Source: Eledone cirrhosa
Lineage: Eukaryota
NCBI GenBank assembly: GCA_964016885.1
Contig: OZ024745.1
Coordinates: 14,508,001 to 14,572,000, forward strand
Direction: 5' to 3'
DNA length: 64,000 nt
Shown here: in pieces, positions 41,217-53,869 of the stretch
How positions within the stretch are numbered: position 1 is the first letter of the stretch
Layout of the letters: every line of letters begins with the position of its first letter
Notes under the pieces: generated by a model
Told to the model about the DNA's origin: nothing
The model's input: only the letters and a program-made list of their open reading frames with translations
Database searches by the model: none
Made by a program: the position numbers and the translations under genes

Positions 41217-44200
41217 CAGGGGGGATGAGAGAGAAAGAGGACGTGTGGGAGATGAGAAAGAGAGAGAGAGAAAGAGGGTGTGTGGAGATGAGAGAGGAGA
41301 GAGAGAGGGTGTGTGGGAAATGAGAGAGAGAGAGAGTGGGGGGGGGGAGAAATGAAGAAAGAACCAACCCAGTATTGAACAGCTTCTTTATTTATTGGCC
41401 CCGAAAGAAAGGCAAAGTTGACCTATGCAGTATTTGAACAACTTAGACTACAAAGACCCGGAATAAATATCACTCTACCACCTCACTGTCTTTTATAATT
41501 TTTACCTTCTCTGTACTTTCACAACGTGTTTGTATTTTATAGAAATCGATTGTTTTTAATATTTCTTAAAGGCAAAGCTAATTCCGCCAAAGTTACAGTT
41601 GCCATTTATCATTCGGGGAGTTGATAAAATAAAGTACCAGTAACGCACTGGGCTTAATCTAGAATTGTTAGAATTGTGCCTAAATCAGAAACCATTATAG
41701 AATTCGTTTTTCTTCATATTTCTGAGTGACAATGGCAGCATTCTATTATTTAGTTCTGTGCAAGGTTAACTTTATATTTTAGGTTCTTTGCATACATAAT
41801 AATAGGTACATGCATACATAATAATTTTAGGTACATGCATGCATAATAATATATAGTTGTTGATTCTATACTCTAATCTTTATAAAGATTTGGCAATAAG
41901 TCTCTCGTAGGATTTCCTTGGGTTGTAAGATTCAGAGATAACACAATGACCAGCTTAGTTGATCCTGTTTAACAGTAGTTATCTATTTGTAATTTGTATG
42001 TTCAAATACAAATTATAAAAACATGAAATTCCAAATTGATTTAATTGTTCAGAAAAAGAAACAATAACAATATTCGAACGAAATGCTATGTATTAATAAT
42101 TTCTACTAAAACCACGTGTTTTGAGAGGATATATTCTAATCTGTACAAACCACTGAATAATAATTAAATATTTTAATGCAGACAACGAAAAAAATTTAAT
42201 ACATGGTTTGAATATTTTAATAGAAAATCGATATAATAATATAATAAGCAATACTTTGTATAGAGATTTTGAAAACTTTATGTGGTGGCAATGATGAGAG
42301 TGCGGTTGTTGAAAACAACATAATGACATTGTTGATGCTGATGCTAAATGTAAAATTATATATTTTCAATAATAAGAATAGTTATTGTTAACCACCATTC
42401 CTTTCTTGGTCTCCGCCTCAAATATATAGCAGACCGAGTCTAATTCCTAACCTGTAACTGTTTGCTTTGTTTGAGGCTAATGTTTAGATAGTTCGTAAGT
42501 ATTTCAAGTATTTTCGAATTATTTTCTTTTACATTTTGAATGTATGCTGAGTTACATTGTTTTTATCTGGTAGAACCCAGAACACAAGTTAAAACAACAT
42601 CTCCTAGCCTGGGACCTGTGGAAACCTGAAGATTCGCATACGTAATAGTTTTTAAAATTTCAATGACTTTAATAAAAACATAATCTGCACTTGCTATTTG
42701 GATATCCGTTCTATTCTATATACAAACATCTTTTTCTCTTTAAATTGTTATTCTCACTGTATAACAATTTAGGAGGGGCGTAACTGTAGCAAAAGATGTA
42801 TTTTCAAAAGCCTGTGGTCCATGGGGAATGAATTAGAAGCCGCCCTTGCTAGTGAAAATGTTGAGAACTATTGAGTTAAACGATCAATAATATAAAGTAA
42901 TAGATTAAATGTGTGAAACACAAATGCTATAAAACCTCTTTTGAAATGCAGTTCTTTGTCAAATAAAAAGTAACTAAATAGTTTTGTTTGTACATACATA
43001 TATAGTATATATAATTATTTAGTGAGAAAAATTTTAATAACTGGGACATATTATAATGAATCTTCATTTAATAATTGAAGTACATTAGAAATCTCTTTAG
43101 ATAATTACATTTTAATGTATACCGTGATAAATATTTATCATTATAATTTAAAACAGGAATCAAGATTGGTATATAACATAAATCTAATATAAAATATGTT
43201 GTCTCATTTGTGGCATATTTTGATATAATTCGACCTGTATAACTTCCTACATTAACAATTCATGCATACATACATTGTTACAATCCATTAATAACAATAT
43301 CTGAACATAAAGATTTTGACATTATTAAAGTAACTTGGACAATTCTTAATATTACCCGTAACTATGTTTAGCACTAAAATGGTGTATCATAATGTTTTAT
43401 GTTGTTATATTGAGAGCTGGTTTTAATATCAAACCATTTATATGAAGCGGAAGTAAGTTTTCTTAACGACCAATTTCCAGTATAAAAGCTAATAGAGGCT
43501 ATTCATTTTAAACCACTCAGAACAAATTGTTTAATGATCGGAGCAGAGATTCATTTAAAACCTATCAACATGGATGGCTTAAAATTAATTTCATACCACA
43601 AGCGTCTACATAAAAGTATGACATGTTAGCAGCATTTGATAAGAAGCTTATAAAATGCAGTGAAATCGTCCAAATGCTATCACCTCCATCGATAAGTAGG
43701 AATAATATCAGCTGTATCGAACTCTCGTATATCCCAGGCGATTATATTACAACTAACATTTATATAACTTTATCTACTACAGTATATTTTATTACACTTA
43801 ATTTTCTTTGCATCAGTATTCCACTTACTTCAAGGACGTATTGTTAAACTAGACTTTGAACTGCATCTGTATATCAATGGCTATTTTTATTATATCTACT
43901 TAGAATATTGTTGATGAGGATGGCCAATATCAACGAACTTTATGATCTATACTTAGAAAATTGTTGATGATATTGGTCAACGGCAAGGAATATCTTCTAC
44001 ACACTTTCTGTAAGTTTATAAAACGAACTAAAACAGAACTATTGCTAATAAATATTAAATCTAAAATACTTAGCATGTGTAAGAGTAACTCTTCTTTGGT
44101 CAACATTAACACAGTAGGATTGAATAAAACTTAAATATCTATGTGGATATGCGCGACAAAGAAAGCACGTTAAATAAGACACTATAAATGTTCCGTGTGT

Positions 44201-44602
44201 GACACACATATATTGATTTCACGCTTTCATTTAACTGTTCCTAAACATTGCTGAGTTCAAAACAGAGAATTCAATCATTTTATGCTTGGAGATGTTGAAA
44301 GCAGGAAGTATCATCCAACGACAAACAATATATAAGTATCCAGCAAATCGATATTGAAAACAATCAAACATATAATAAGAATTATTATTGTCACTAACGA
44401 CGTTTTTCCATATTTTAATATTTCTCTTAAATATTCCCAATCACACATGATCATTCGGTAGAGATGATGTAGTGAAAAACGACAGGGCAGCTGATGATCG
44501 CTTAGTCTTAAAAGTGCAAAATAACTATATTTATGGACCGAATCTTCGATTACATTTGAGTTATTCAGATTTCTAGTTGTACCCCATAACTTATTGTGGT
44601 AG

Positions 44603-44990
44603 ATTGGAAGATTCGGTAGTGCGTCGGGCAGCATGATTAGTGGCATGTAAGTATAGCAATTTGCGTTTTGAGTTCAAATCTCGTACAGGCTGCTTTTTTT
44701 CATCTTTACGTGGTTGATAAAATAAAGTACCAGTAACGACCTGGTCGCGATTTAATCAACTTTTCCCTCCCCCAAAATTGTAAGTTTTGTGCCTAAATCA
44801 GAATCCATTATCGGTTGAGCGCCGGATAACATGCTTAGGGGAATATAATTATGGGTCATTACGTTCTGAGTTTAAATCTCAGAGGCTCTTTATGAGGTCA
44901 CTAAAATAAAGAACCAGTAATACACTGAGGCCGATTTAATTCGACTTTTACCTTTCTTTCAAATTGCTGACTTGTGCAATGTGTAGGAAC
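44603..44990 (+). mobile_element. Two degenerate tandem SINE-A copies
   Basis: attggaagattcggtagtgcgtcgg...gagttcaaatc...gataaaataaagtaccag...gtgcctaaatcagaatccatta. Confidence 0.7.
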
Positions 44991-45540
44991 AGATTGAATA
45001 CATGTGTAGGTATGATCGTTTAAAATAATTGACAAATTACTGTCTGATTATTATGTCATAGTTTGAATAATTTACTGTATTACTGAATTATAGAAAATCA
45101 ATTAGATTGAAACTAATTTGTGGATTACTGAAGCATATTTGCATCTTCCTCAAAATCTAAAATTTATTAGAATTGTCATTCTCTGGAACGGTGAACATGA
45201 ATTAATATGTGTTTGTAAACTTCCGACATCTGTAATTGATTAAATCGAGATAAGAATATATATATCGTTTTCTTATAAAGTCTGAAACAGTACCGGTGAA
45301 CAAAGAAAGAAAGAAATCAAGAAAGAAATCAAGAAAGAAATAATATGATTTATAATTAAATCTGATGTTAAATATAGAAACGATGGACAAAGTGGAGCCT
45401 TGGTTTCCAATAAACCAATTGGCATTTGTCTAATATTTTCGCGACGTAGTTTTAGCTTAGCTTATATTTTTGCACTCTGTTCCTATCTTATTTAAATCAG
45501 ATTAAATGTTGCTTGTCTGATATACAAAATACCTTTGAGT

Positions 45541-45798
<258 letters not shown>

Positions 45799-45865
45799 TA
45801 TACGAGGTAGATTCCCGTGTTATGTTGGGGGAACCCACAATTAAAAATGGTACTCAGTACTTTAG

Positions 45866-45966
45866 TCAAATCCCACCGAGGTTAACTTTGCCTTTCATCC
45901 TTATGGGGTCGATAAAACAAATTACCAGTAATGCACTGGGATAATTGGTGTGCCAAAAGTAGAAAC

Positions 45967-45971
<5 letters not shown>
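45866..45971 (+). mobile_element. SINE-A 3' half
   Basis: tcaaatcccaccgaggttaactttgcctttcatcc...gtgccaaaagtagaaacaatta. Confidence 0.85.
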
Positions 45972-45995
<24 letters not shown>

Positions 45996-45997
<2 letters not shown>

Positions 45998-46224
45998 ACA
46001 AAGAGGCTGTGGTAAGATACCAGGTAGACCATAACGCACCAGAGTACTAAATACTTAGGGTAGTAGAATGGGTAATAGGAAAAGAGTCAGGACCCCGACA
46101 GCTGAGCTCCGGCCGTTTCGACAACTAGATCCGACTAAGCCACCAGTATTATGAATACTGGTGGCTTAGTTTGGATCTAGCTGTCGAAACGGCCGGAGCT
46201 CAGCCGTTGGGGTCCTGACTCTTT

Positions 46225-46230
<6 letters not shown>
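45996..46230. repeat. (TA)n-embedded insert with ~76 bp-arm hairpin
   Basis: 46075-46230 is near-palindromic and carries GAAAC-GGCC-G; 45996-46062 is the reverse complement of 18524-18590, which also abuts (TA)n. Confidence 0.9.
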
Positions 46231-46268
<38 letters not shown>

Positions 46269-46284
<16 letters not shown>

Positions 46285-48113
46285 ACAGGAGGCTGGACTG
46301 GTGTAAATCCTTGAAAGGTTTATTATACTATGATCATTTGAATGACCGGGTTCCATATGAATCCGGTGATATCATCAGGTATTGGAATATAACAAAGGTA
46401 TATGTAAAAAGCCATGGGTCCGAAAAATCAGCTTCTCAGCCAGCCGCCCTCAAAGTGTAGGCAACTGAAAAACTACCAATGAATATCTGGTGAGGGTTAC
46501 AATGCGCTACCACCACTCCGTCAAAGAAGAAGGGGAAGAAAGAAATAAAGGGAGAAAGAAGTGTAGTGTAAGGGTCAAACTACATTCATGCTAGAAAATG
46601 CCGCGAAAAATGCTACCCAAAGAATCTATAATGGGTGTCTGTATGGTCCAATGTGTGAATAGAAGATTGAACGTTAAATTTATGTTGCGAGTTATAGGAT
46701 GAAATTAAATTAAATTAAAAACATTAAATTGCAAAATGGTAAATTGAAAAAATAGAGGTAGCGAGATTTATTTATTTAATGAAATTACGGAGAGAGTCTT
46801 ATATGAACATTTTTTTTAGATATTAGGATGGGATATAGAGTAAAGATTTCGATTGGGAGTCCCAGCCAGCACACCCACCACCAAGAGTCAGCCAGTCTCG
46901 AGTGGTATCGTCCAGCGAAAGAAATGGAAATTAATTTTTCCGTGTACGCTAGGAACGTAGCTAACTTTGGCCCCTGGATCGCTAGCCGGAACTCACAATT
47001 TCGACAGGCCATCGTCTATACCACGAATACTATTAAATCACACATTAGGGGTTTATTTACGTGTCAGTGGAGGCATGACACAGCTAATAGTCATGCCCAA
47101 ACCTGGAGTTTGTACAAGTATAATGTGGCGGCCAAAACAGGCGGCGCGGTGGGACCGGGGCAAAGCAATCCGCTCCGAGTAATTTCATTTACCGAAAGAG
47201 GAGAAATTTATTTTTTCGAGCACTTAAGGAAGGCTGAACTTTCCGAGTGCCCAGCGCGCAGCCGGGAAAAGTGACCACACAAGTCGAAGGTAACAACCCA
47301 GTGAAAAGTGCAAATAGACCGAAATTATTTTAAAGTCCCAGTTAGTCCGGGTTATAGGTAGTGTGGATCTTAGGTGGGTAGGGGGCTATGAAAGGTGCAT
47401 AATCACCTGAGTAAGGAAAAGTTACAAAAAATACGAAAAAATATGAAAAAATAATATAAAGATAGAATACATTGATGAAAATACATTAATAAAATAATAA
47501 AAATACATTAATGAGATAAAAATTTTTTTATAAAGGTAAATAAGAATCAATATAGATCAAGTTGTAGTAAGATAATACAAGTTGTACATATAGAAATAGA
47601 TATAGAGGATGGAGGAGATGGAATGGTAACATGTTGTACCTAGTGTAAAGTTCAGTGCGAGTCACAAAAAGTCCTGAGGTATAGAGTAGAGAATTCAGTC
47701 CATACAATACATGTTTTATAATAATACGTAGAGTTTTGTCGTAATCGGAATCATTCCGACAAGGAAAGTAGTATCAGGTGGCGGTACATAAGGCGCAGAG
47801 CAGCCAAAATCCGAATTGTAAGTAGATCAGTTAATCCCATGCTGGTAATAGCTGTACACTGAAGTCAGTGCTGCTGTTCAATATTACATTTTGAAGTGCT
47901 CAACATTATAGGAGCATTATTTCTTTAGGTTTGTTTGTTCACCACTGGATAGAACTAAAATCCTGGTGTAATATTTATAATTAACTCTGTATTCGCACCA
48001 CCAACTACACAAACGAAGATGGGTGAACTGCACTGTGTTGAGTACTCTTCACAATATTACACCAGGATTGACCATACGGAATGACCAGTTCTATCCAGTG
48101 GTGAACCAACAAA

Positions 48114-48117
<4 letters not shown>
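46269..48117 (-). mobile_element. Putative non-coding PLE-derived insert between (TA)n tracts
   Basis: (TA)n on both sides; degenerate CTGATGA...GAAC-CCGG-TC motif on the minus strand at ~46340-46380; inverted duplication at the other end (47926-47975 vs 48053-48117). Confidence 0.4.
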
Positions 48118-48152
<35 letters not shown>

Positions 48153-48284
48153 GTGAGGTTTTTTTTTACAAAATGAACAATAACCGAGGTGTCCTACACG
48201 AGTGAAAGTATAAAGAAAAAGAGATGAAATCGAAAATGCAACTGGAGTCTTACTTTAAAAAAAAATATATGTATTTATTTGGTT

Positions 48285-48322
48285 CCTTTACCGGTTTCGC
48301 AGTTCTTCTGCTTTTCAAAAGG
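48285..48322 (-). ncRNA. Minimal hammerhead ribozyme, U3-A8 variant
   Basis: Exact reverse complement of 48368-48405. Confidence 0.7.
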
Positions 48323-48367
48323 TGAGTTGAGATGGAGGGTATGTGGTTTTTCTCACATCTCAACTCA

Positions 48368-48405
48368 CCTTTTGAAAAGCAGAAGAACTGCGAAACCGGT
48401 AAAGG
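48368..48405 (+). ncRNA. Minimal hammerhead ribozyme, U3-A8 variant
   Basis: CCTT-TTGAAAA-GCAG aagaa CTGC-GAAA-CCGG-TA-AAGG; 1 bp stem III with palindromic tetraloop, as in PLE minimal hammerheads. Confidence 0.7.
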
Positions 48406-48531
48406 AACCAAATAAATATATATATTTAAAAAGAAAATAAGACTCCAGTTGCATTTTCGATTTCATCTCTTTTTCTTTATATATATATATATATAGATTA
48501 CAATAATCAAAGTTCAGTTTAAATCATTTAT

Positions 48532-48580
48532 TTGCTTACAATTGTTTCCTCCAAACCGAGGTTTGGTTTCTTCGGAGCAA
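48532..48580 (-). ncRNA. Type I hammerhead, CCGAAGA core variant
   Basis: Reverse complement of 55836-55884. Confidence 0.65.
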
Positions 48581-48718
48581 CTATTTAGTGATCTATAACA
48601 TACTTGACCTCCTTTTCAACACAAGAGACATATAAAACATATGCACATATTGATCCACAGTGGGATGACATCCATCAAAATGATATAGCATGGCAATTTA
48701 CATATAAAGGTTAAAGGA

Positions 48719-48868
48719 TAAAAATAAAAATAAAAATAAAAATAAAAATAAAAATAAAAATAAAAATAAAAATAAAAATAAAAATAAAAATAAAAATAAA
48801 AATAAAAATAAAAATAAAAATAAAAATAAAAATAAAAATAAAAATAAAAATAAAAATAAAAATAAAAA
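48719..48868. repeat. (TAAAAA)25 hexamer repeat
   Basis: Perfect 150 bp array; the equivalent on the other arm (55643-55698) has only ~9 units. Confidence 0.97.
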
Positions 48869-50148
48869 GGGGAATTAATGCGTAAGGGGAGGTAACTAGC
48901 TGGTTTTCTTAGTTAAATTTATTATCCTAAATTACATTAATGGTGTTTCAAATAAGTGCCTATCATATGATGTTATAACTAATTTCTAGATTATGTTACT
49001 TATTTATAGGTTACGGTGTTGTCTATTAAGAAGTACTAAGTTGTATATATCAGGATGATTACCTTCTATTAAGGGGTGTCATATCTGAACCTTCTATAAG
49101 AGGAGTCAGACCCCCAAATCAATGTTCTTTGTAAATGTAATTCCTCCCGCAGGACCTGGCATGGTCCTATTATTATATATGACTCTCGGTAGGCTCTGGG
49201 TCATTGTATGTCTGAATCCTTGGTAAATCTGAATATCTTCAGGATGGTCCGGAGATCAAATTTCTCATATAAAGACACCAGTCTGGCCATCAAGCAATAG
49301 ATTACCTCCCATCTCATATATAAATTAAATTAGGTATCTTATCTACAAATTAGAGTGGAGTCTATTAATAGGTACTAAAGGAGTTCATATCATGATGATT
49401 ACAATCTGGAGATCAAATCTCTCATATAAGGACACCAGTCTGGCCACCAAGCAATACATAAACTCCCATCTCACATATAAATTAAAATAGGTATCTTATC
49501 TACAAATTAGAGTGGAGTCTATTAATAAGTACTAAAGGAGTTCATATCATGATGATTACAATCTAATATGGAGTGCCACACCTGGGCAATCTATAAGAAG
49601 AGTCAGACTACAAAATTAATTATATGGATCTCACTACTAATAAGGGTCTTATTATCATACAAGACTCCACGCAAGTTTCAGGTCATTGTATGACTGCATC
49701 CCTGGTAAATTCACCAGGGTGGTCCGGGGGCCAGTTCTCTCATCAAAAGATACCAATCAGGTCATCAAGCAACACAGAAACTCCTAACTCATGTATCACC
49801 TGTGCATAATTCATTGAACTGATCGTATAGAGTATATAGTCACATAACAATAAGATTACCTACCTAATCATCAATCTATCTCATGGTGGCATTCCATGCA
49901 CAGGATTATGTTATCACAACCAATACCGTGTCTACAGTTTATATTAATCATATATTTGTGCAATGCAGTTTGAGTAGACCACGGCCGAGATATCAGAATT
50001 AGAAGTACATGGGAGTATCCCCAGGGTAGATGGTACTAAAATGCTGCCAGTATTACCCTTAGAGTATATAAATGGGTGTGGAGATGAGGTGTAAGGTGTG
50101 CTACTGATGCTAATTGCTAGGGGTGGTGACGGTTCCAGTCTGACATTG

Positions 50149-51784
50149 TTATATATAGGGTTTAAAGTTTTGGAAAGAGTGTCGGAAGCGGTGTTGGCAA
50201 GATGCGAACACTTCTGATTTTTTATTAAGGAGATTATGGTTAGAGAAGATGATAGTATGGGTCTCTAGTAGACAGAGGTTACAAAATTTATTAGGTGGTT
50301 TGTACGATGTTGCACTACCTACCACTTCCCATTTAAGTGTATATATTTTATTTTTAGTTTTTAGATAGTGTATGTAGCTAGATAGTGAAGTGGAGTTGGC
50401 TAGACTGTGTTTTTTGAAAGAGTGGAGGTGCGAATTGTATCTAGTTTTGAAGCAGTTAGAAGTAGAGCCTATATAGGTTTCAGAAGAGTTGTTAGTTGTG
50501 ACTGTACATTAAGCATTTTTTATCTAAAGGGCAGGTTCTATTTGATCTACAGTTACAATTATTCTGGGTGCTAGTCTGCCGGTTACTATGCTGTGTAGAA
50601 GTTTGGATGTTAGCTATAGGGTTATGGTTATGTGGGTTGTCGTTCGCAGCGTTAATGTTTACACTAGTACTAATACTATTATTTCCATTGATATTATGGT
50701 TAGTTGCTATAATGTTATTTTGAATGTTATTTTGAATATTATTTTGAAGGTTTATCGTCTGTTGTGATTTAGTTTGTTGGAAGTAAGAATTAATTTTTCT
50801 TTTATTGCTACTAGCTATGTGGTATGCTAAGTTAGGCGTAGTAGTGTATGAGATTTTAATAGTGTTTTTGTTTAAAAGGCTATGGTACCTGTGGCCGGAT
50901 GGGAAGTGTTTATCCAGTAGTGAGAAGAAAGCCCTAGGTAGGTTGGTAGAGACGTTTAGATTGAAAGGAGGGTTGAAGAATGTATTATTTCTTCTTCTAT
51001 TTCTGTTTTTTATGTCTGGTGATTTGTTTCCTTTAATGCTACTATGGTAATTTCTGTGGTGTGGGTTACTATTGTTGTTACCATCCCTATTAGTGTGCGT
51101 GTGGTTGCTATTCCTATTATTAAGTTTTCCCATGGACATGTTGTGTGAAATAATGTTGTAGCTATGCGTTTTTGTAGGTAGGAACTCTATCCCTGTATTA
51201 TGGCCTGATCTAGCTAATGCCTGATTATAATACTGCGAGTTATTGTTAAATGTGTTTATGTCATAGGATAGATTAGAGATTCTATTAGATACTCCCTTAG
51301 AGATAGAGTTTAATATAGATCTAGGGTGGTTAGGCTTGGTATCTACGTAGATGAGTTTTTCATTAGGTTTGTGGAAAGGTGCATATATCATTGAGTCTAG
51401 GTAGAGTGTGGCGTCTAGGAAGTTGACGTTTTTGGTGTTTTTGTCCATGGTAATACTAAGGTTATAGTTTTTGAATGTTTTGTGCAATAGTTTTCTAGTT
51501 CTTTCTATATTGAATTTTTTATAATCTATAAGTAGAAGTGCATCGTTGCGATACAAACCACCGCTGAGGTAAGGATAGTCCCTATGGATTTGGTTAAGTA
51601 AATATAGGCCAACTAAATCAGTGACCTGCGCCGAGTCACTAGACCCCATGGTAATGTCGAAGTTGTTTTGCGTATCCTTGCGGGTCCATAATTGGTCTTC
51701 AAAGGTGATTAGTGTTTTACGGGCCGCAAGTATGACATCAATCTGGGGTCTAGTCAGGTCACTATTGTCCATGGCCATTATAAG
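50149..51784 (-). pseudogene. PLE RT-GIY-YIG ORF, truncated and disrupted
   Basis: MGSSDSAQ, GLYRND (catalytic D to N), VNFLDATL, FFNPPF and CNCRSNRTCPL; small deletion/frameshift near 50507, then YIG, CNLC and CQH. Confidence 0.9.
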
Positions 51785-52051
51785 CAAATTGTAAGCAAAT
51801 AAATGATTTAAACTGAACTTTGATTATTGTAATCTCTATATAACTGCTCTGTAAAACAACCGATATTATTACATTGAGCTATTTATCTTACTGGTAATAA
51901 GATAGTAATTAATGACTATCTTTCACTATTTAAGGTTTGTATAAAAAATATATTACCATAAAAGGTTTTATTACATACATAACCATCAATAGTATCCTTA
52001 ATACTAATAACTGCTCCATATTGTTGAGCTGATATACAATAAATTACCAGC

Positions 52052-53869
52052 ATGCTGATCAAAGACCAACTCCCTATGTCAACCAAGAACATACTTATAC
52101 CACCCAAAAATACATATGAAAAGTTATTGATCAACAGGGTAAACTCCTCAGGATAAAAAATTTATTCAATTTGATATCAATTCTTACGACACCTCTATTT
52201 CCCCTATCCTACTAAATAAGGCACTTATAATGGCCATGGACAATAGTGACCTGACTAGACCCCAGATTGATGTCATACTTGCGGCCCGTAAAACACTAAT
52301 CACCTTTGAAGACCAATTATGAACCCGCAAGGATACGCAAAACAACTTCGACATTACCATGGGGTCTAGTGACTCGGCGCAGGTCACTGATTTAGTTGGC
52401 CTATATTTACTTAACCAAATCCATAAGGACCTTCCTTACCTCAGCGGTGGTTTTTATCGCGACGATGCACTTCTACTTATAGATTATAAAAAATTCAATA
52501 TAGAAAGAACTAGAAAACTATTGCACAAAACATTCAAAAACTATAACCTTAGTATTACCATGGACAAAAACACCAAAAACGTCAACTTCCTAGACGCCAC
52601 ACTCTACCTAGACTCAATGATATATGCACCTTTCCACGAACCTAATGAAAAACTCATCTACGTAGATACCAAGCCTAACCACCCTAGATCTATATTAAAC
52701 TCTATCTCTAAGGGTGTATCTAATAGAATCTCTAATCTATCCTATGACATAAACACATTTAACAATAACTCGCAGTATTATAATCAGGCATTAGCTAGAT
52801 CAGGCCATAATACAGGGATAGAGTTCCTACCTACAAAAACGCATAGCTACAACATTATTTCACACAACATGTCCATGGGAAAATTTAATAATAGGAATAG
52901 CAAACTAATAGGGATGGTAACAACAAAAGTAACCCACACCACAGAAATTACCATAGTAGCATTAAAGGAAATAAATCACCAGACATAAAAAACAGAAATA
53001 GAAGAAGAAATAATACATTCTTCAACCCTCCTTTCAATCTAAACGTCTCTACCAACCTACCTAGGGCTTTCTTCTCACTACTAGATAAACACTTCCCATC
53101 CGGCCACAGGTACCATAGCCTTTTAAACAAAAACACTATTAAAATATCATACTATACTACGCCTAACTTAGCATACCACATAGCTAGTAGCAATAAAAGA
53201 AAAATTAATTCTTACTTCCAACAAACTAAATCACAACAGATGATACACCTTCAAAATAACATTCAAAATAACATTCAAAATAACATTATAGCAACTAACC
53301 ATAATATCAATAGAAATAATAGTATTAGTACTAGTGTAAACATTAACGCTGCGAACGACAACCCACATAACCATAACCCTATAGCTAACATCCAAACTTC
53401 TACACAGCATAGTAACCGGCAGACTAGCACCCAGAATAATTGTAACTGTAGATCAAATAGAACCTGCCCTTTAGATAAAAAATGCTTAACCAAGGATATC
53501 ATATACTCATATACAGTCACAACTAACATCTCTTCTGAAACCTATATAGGCTCTACTTCTAACTGATTCAAAACTAGATACAATTCGCACCTCCACTCTT
53601 TCAAAAAACACAGTCTAGCCAACTCCACTTCACTATCTAGCTACATACACTATCTAAAAACTAAAAATAAAATATATACACTTAAATGGGAAGTGGTAGG
53701 TAGTGCAACATCGTACAAACCACCTAATAAATTTTGTAACCTCTGTCTACTAGAGACCCATACTATCATCTTCTCTAACCATAATCTCCTTAATAAAAAA
53801 TCAGAAGTGTTCGCATCTTGCTAACACCGCTTCCGACACTCTTTCCAAAACTTAAAACCCTATATATAA
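52052..53869 (+). pseudogene. PLE RT-GIY-YIG ORF, disrupted
   Basis: N-terminal MLIKDQLPMSTKNILIPPKNTYEKLLINRV joined to FIQFDI (52161); GFYRDDAL; CNCRSNRTCPL, IIY...YIG and CNLC; stops at 52320, 53564 and 53822, frameshift near 52902. Confidence 0.9.

Larger units (their letters stand above)
48209..48481. repeat. Fold-back insert in (TA)n with a hammerhead in each arm
   Basis: 48209-48334 is the reverse complement of 48356-48481, 21 nt spacer. Confidence 0.95.
48495..51784 (-). mobile_element. Penelope-like element family 2, inverted 5'-truncated arm
   Basis: Reverse complement of ~52224-55921 except that 55151-~55640 is missing; outer end abuts (TA)n. Confidence 0.92.

Noticed and set aside
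43900-44015. Possible plus-strand exon ending at gtaagt (~44010)
   Set aside because: Lies in a short local tandem duplication with a weak acceptor and no recognisable peptide
46180-46200. GAAAC-GGCC-G as a complete hammerhead
   Set aside because: No upstream core and the following bases are GA rather than UH; kept only as a hairpin feature
46828-47274. 148 aa ORF as a gene
   Set aside because: No recognisable domain; the length is unremarkable for a locally GC-rich stretch
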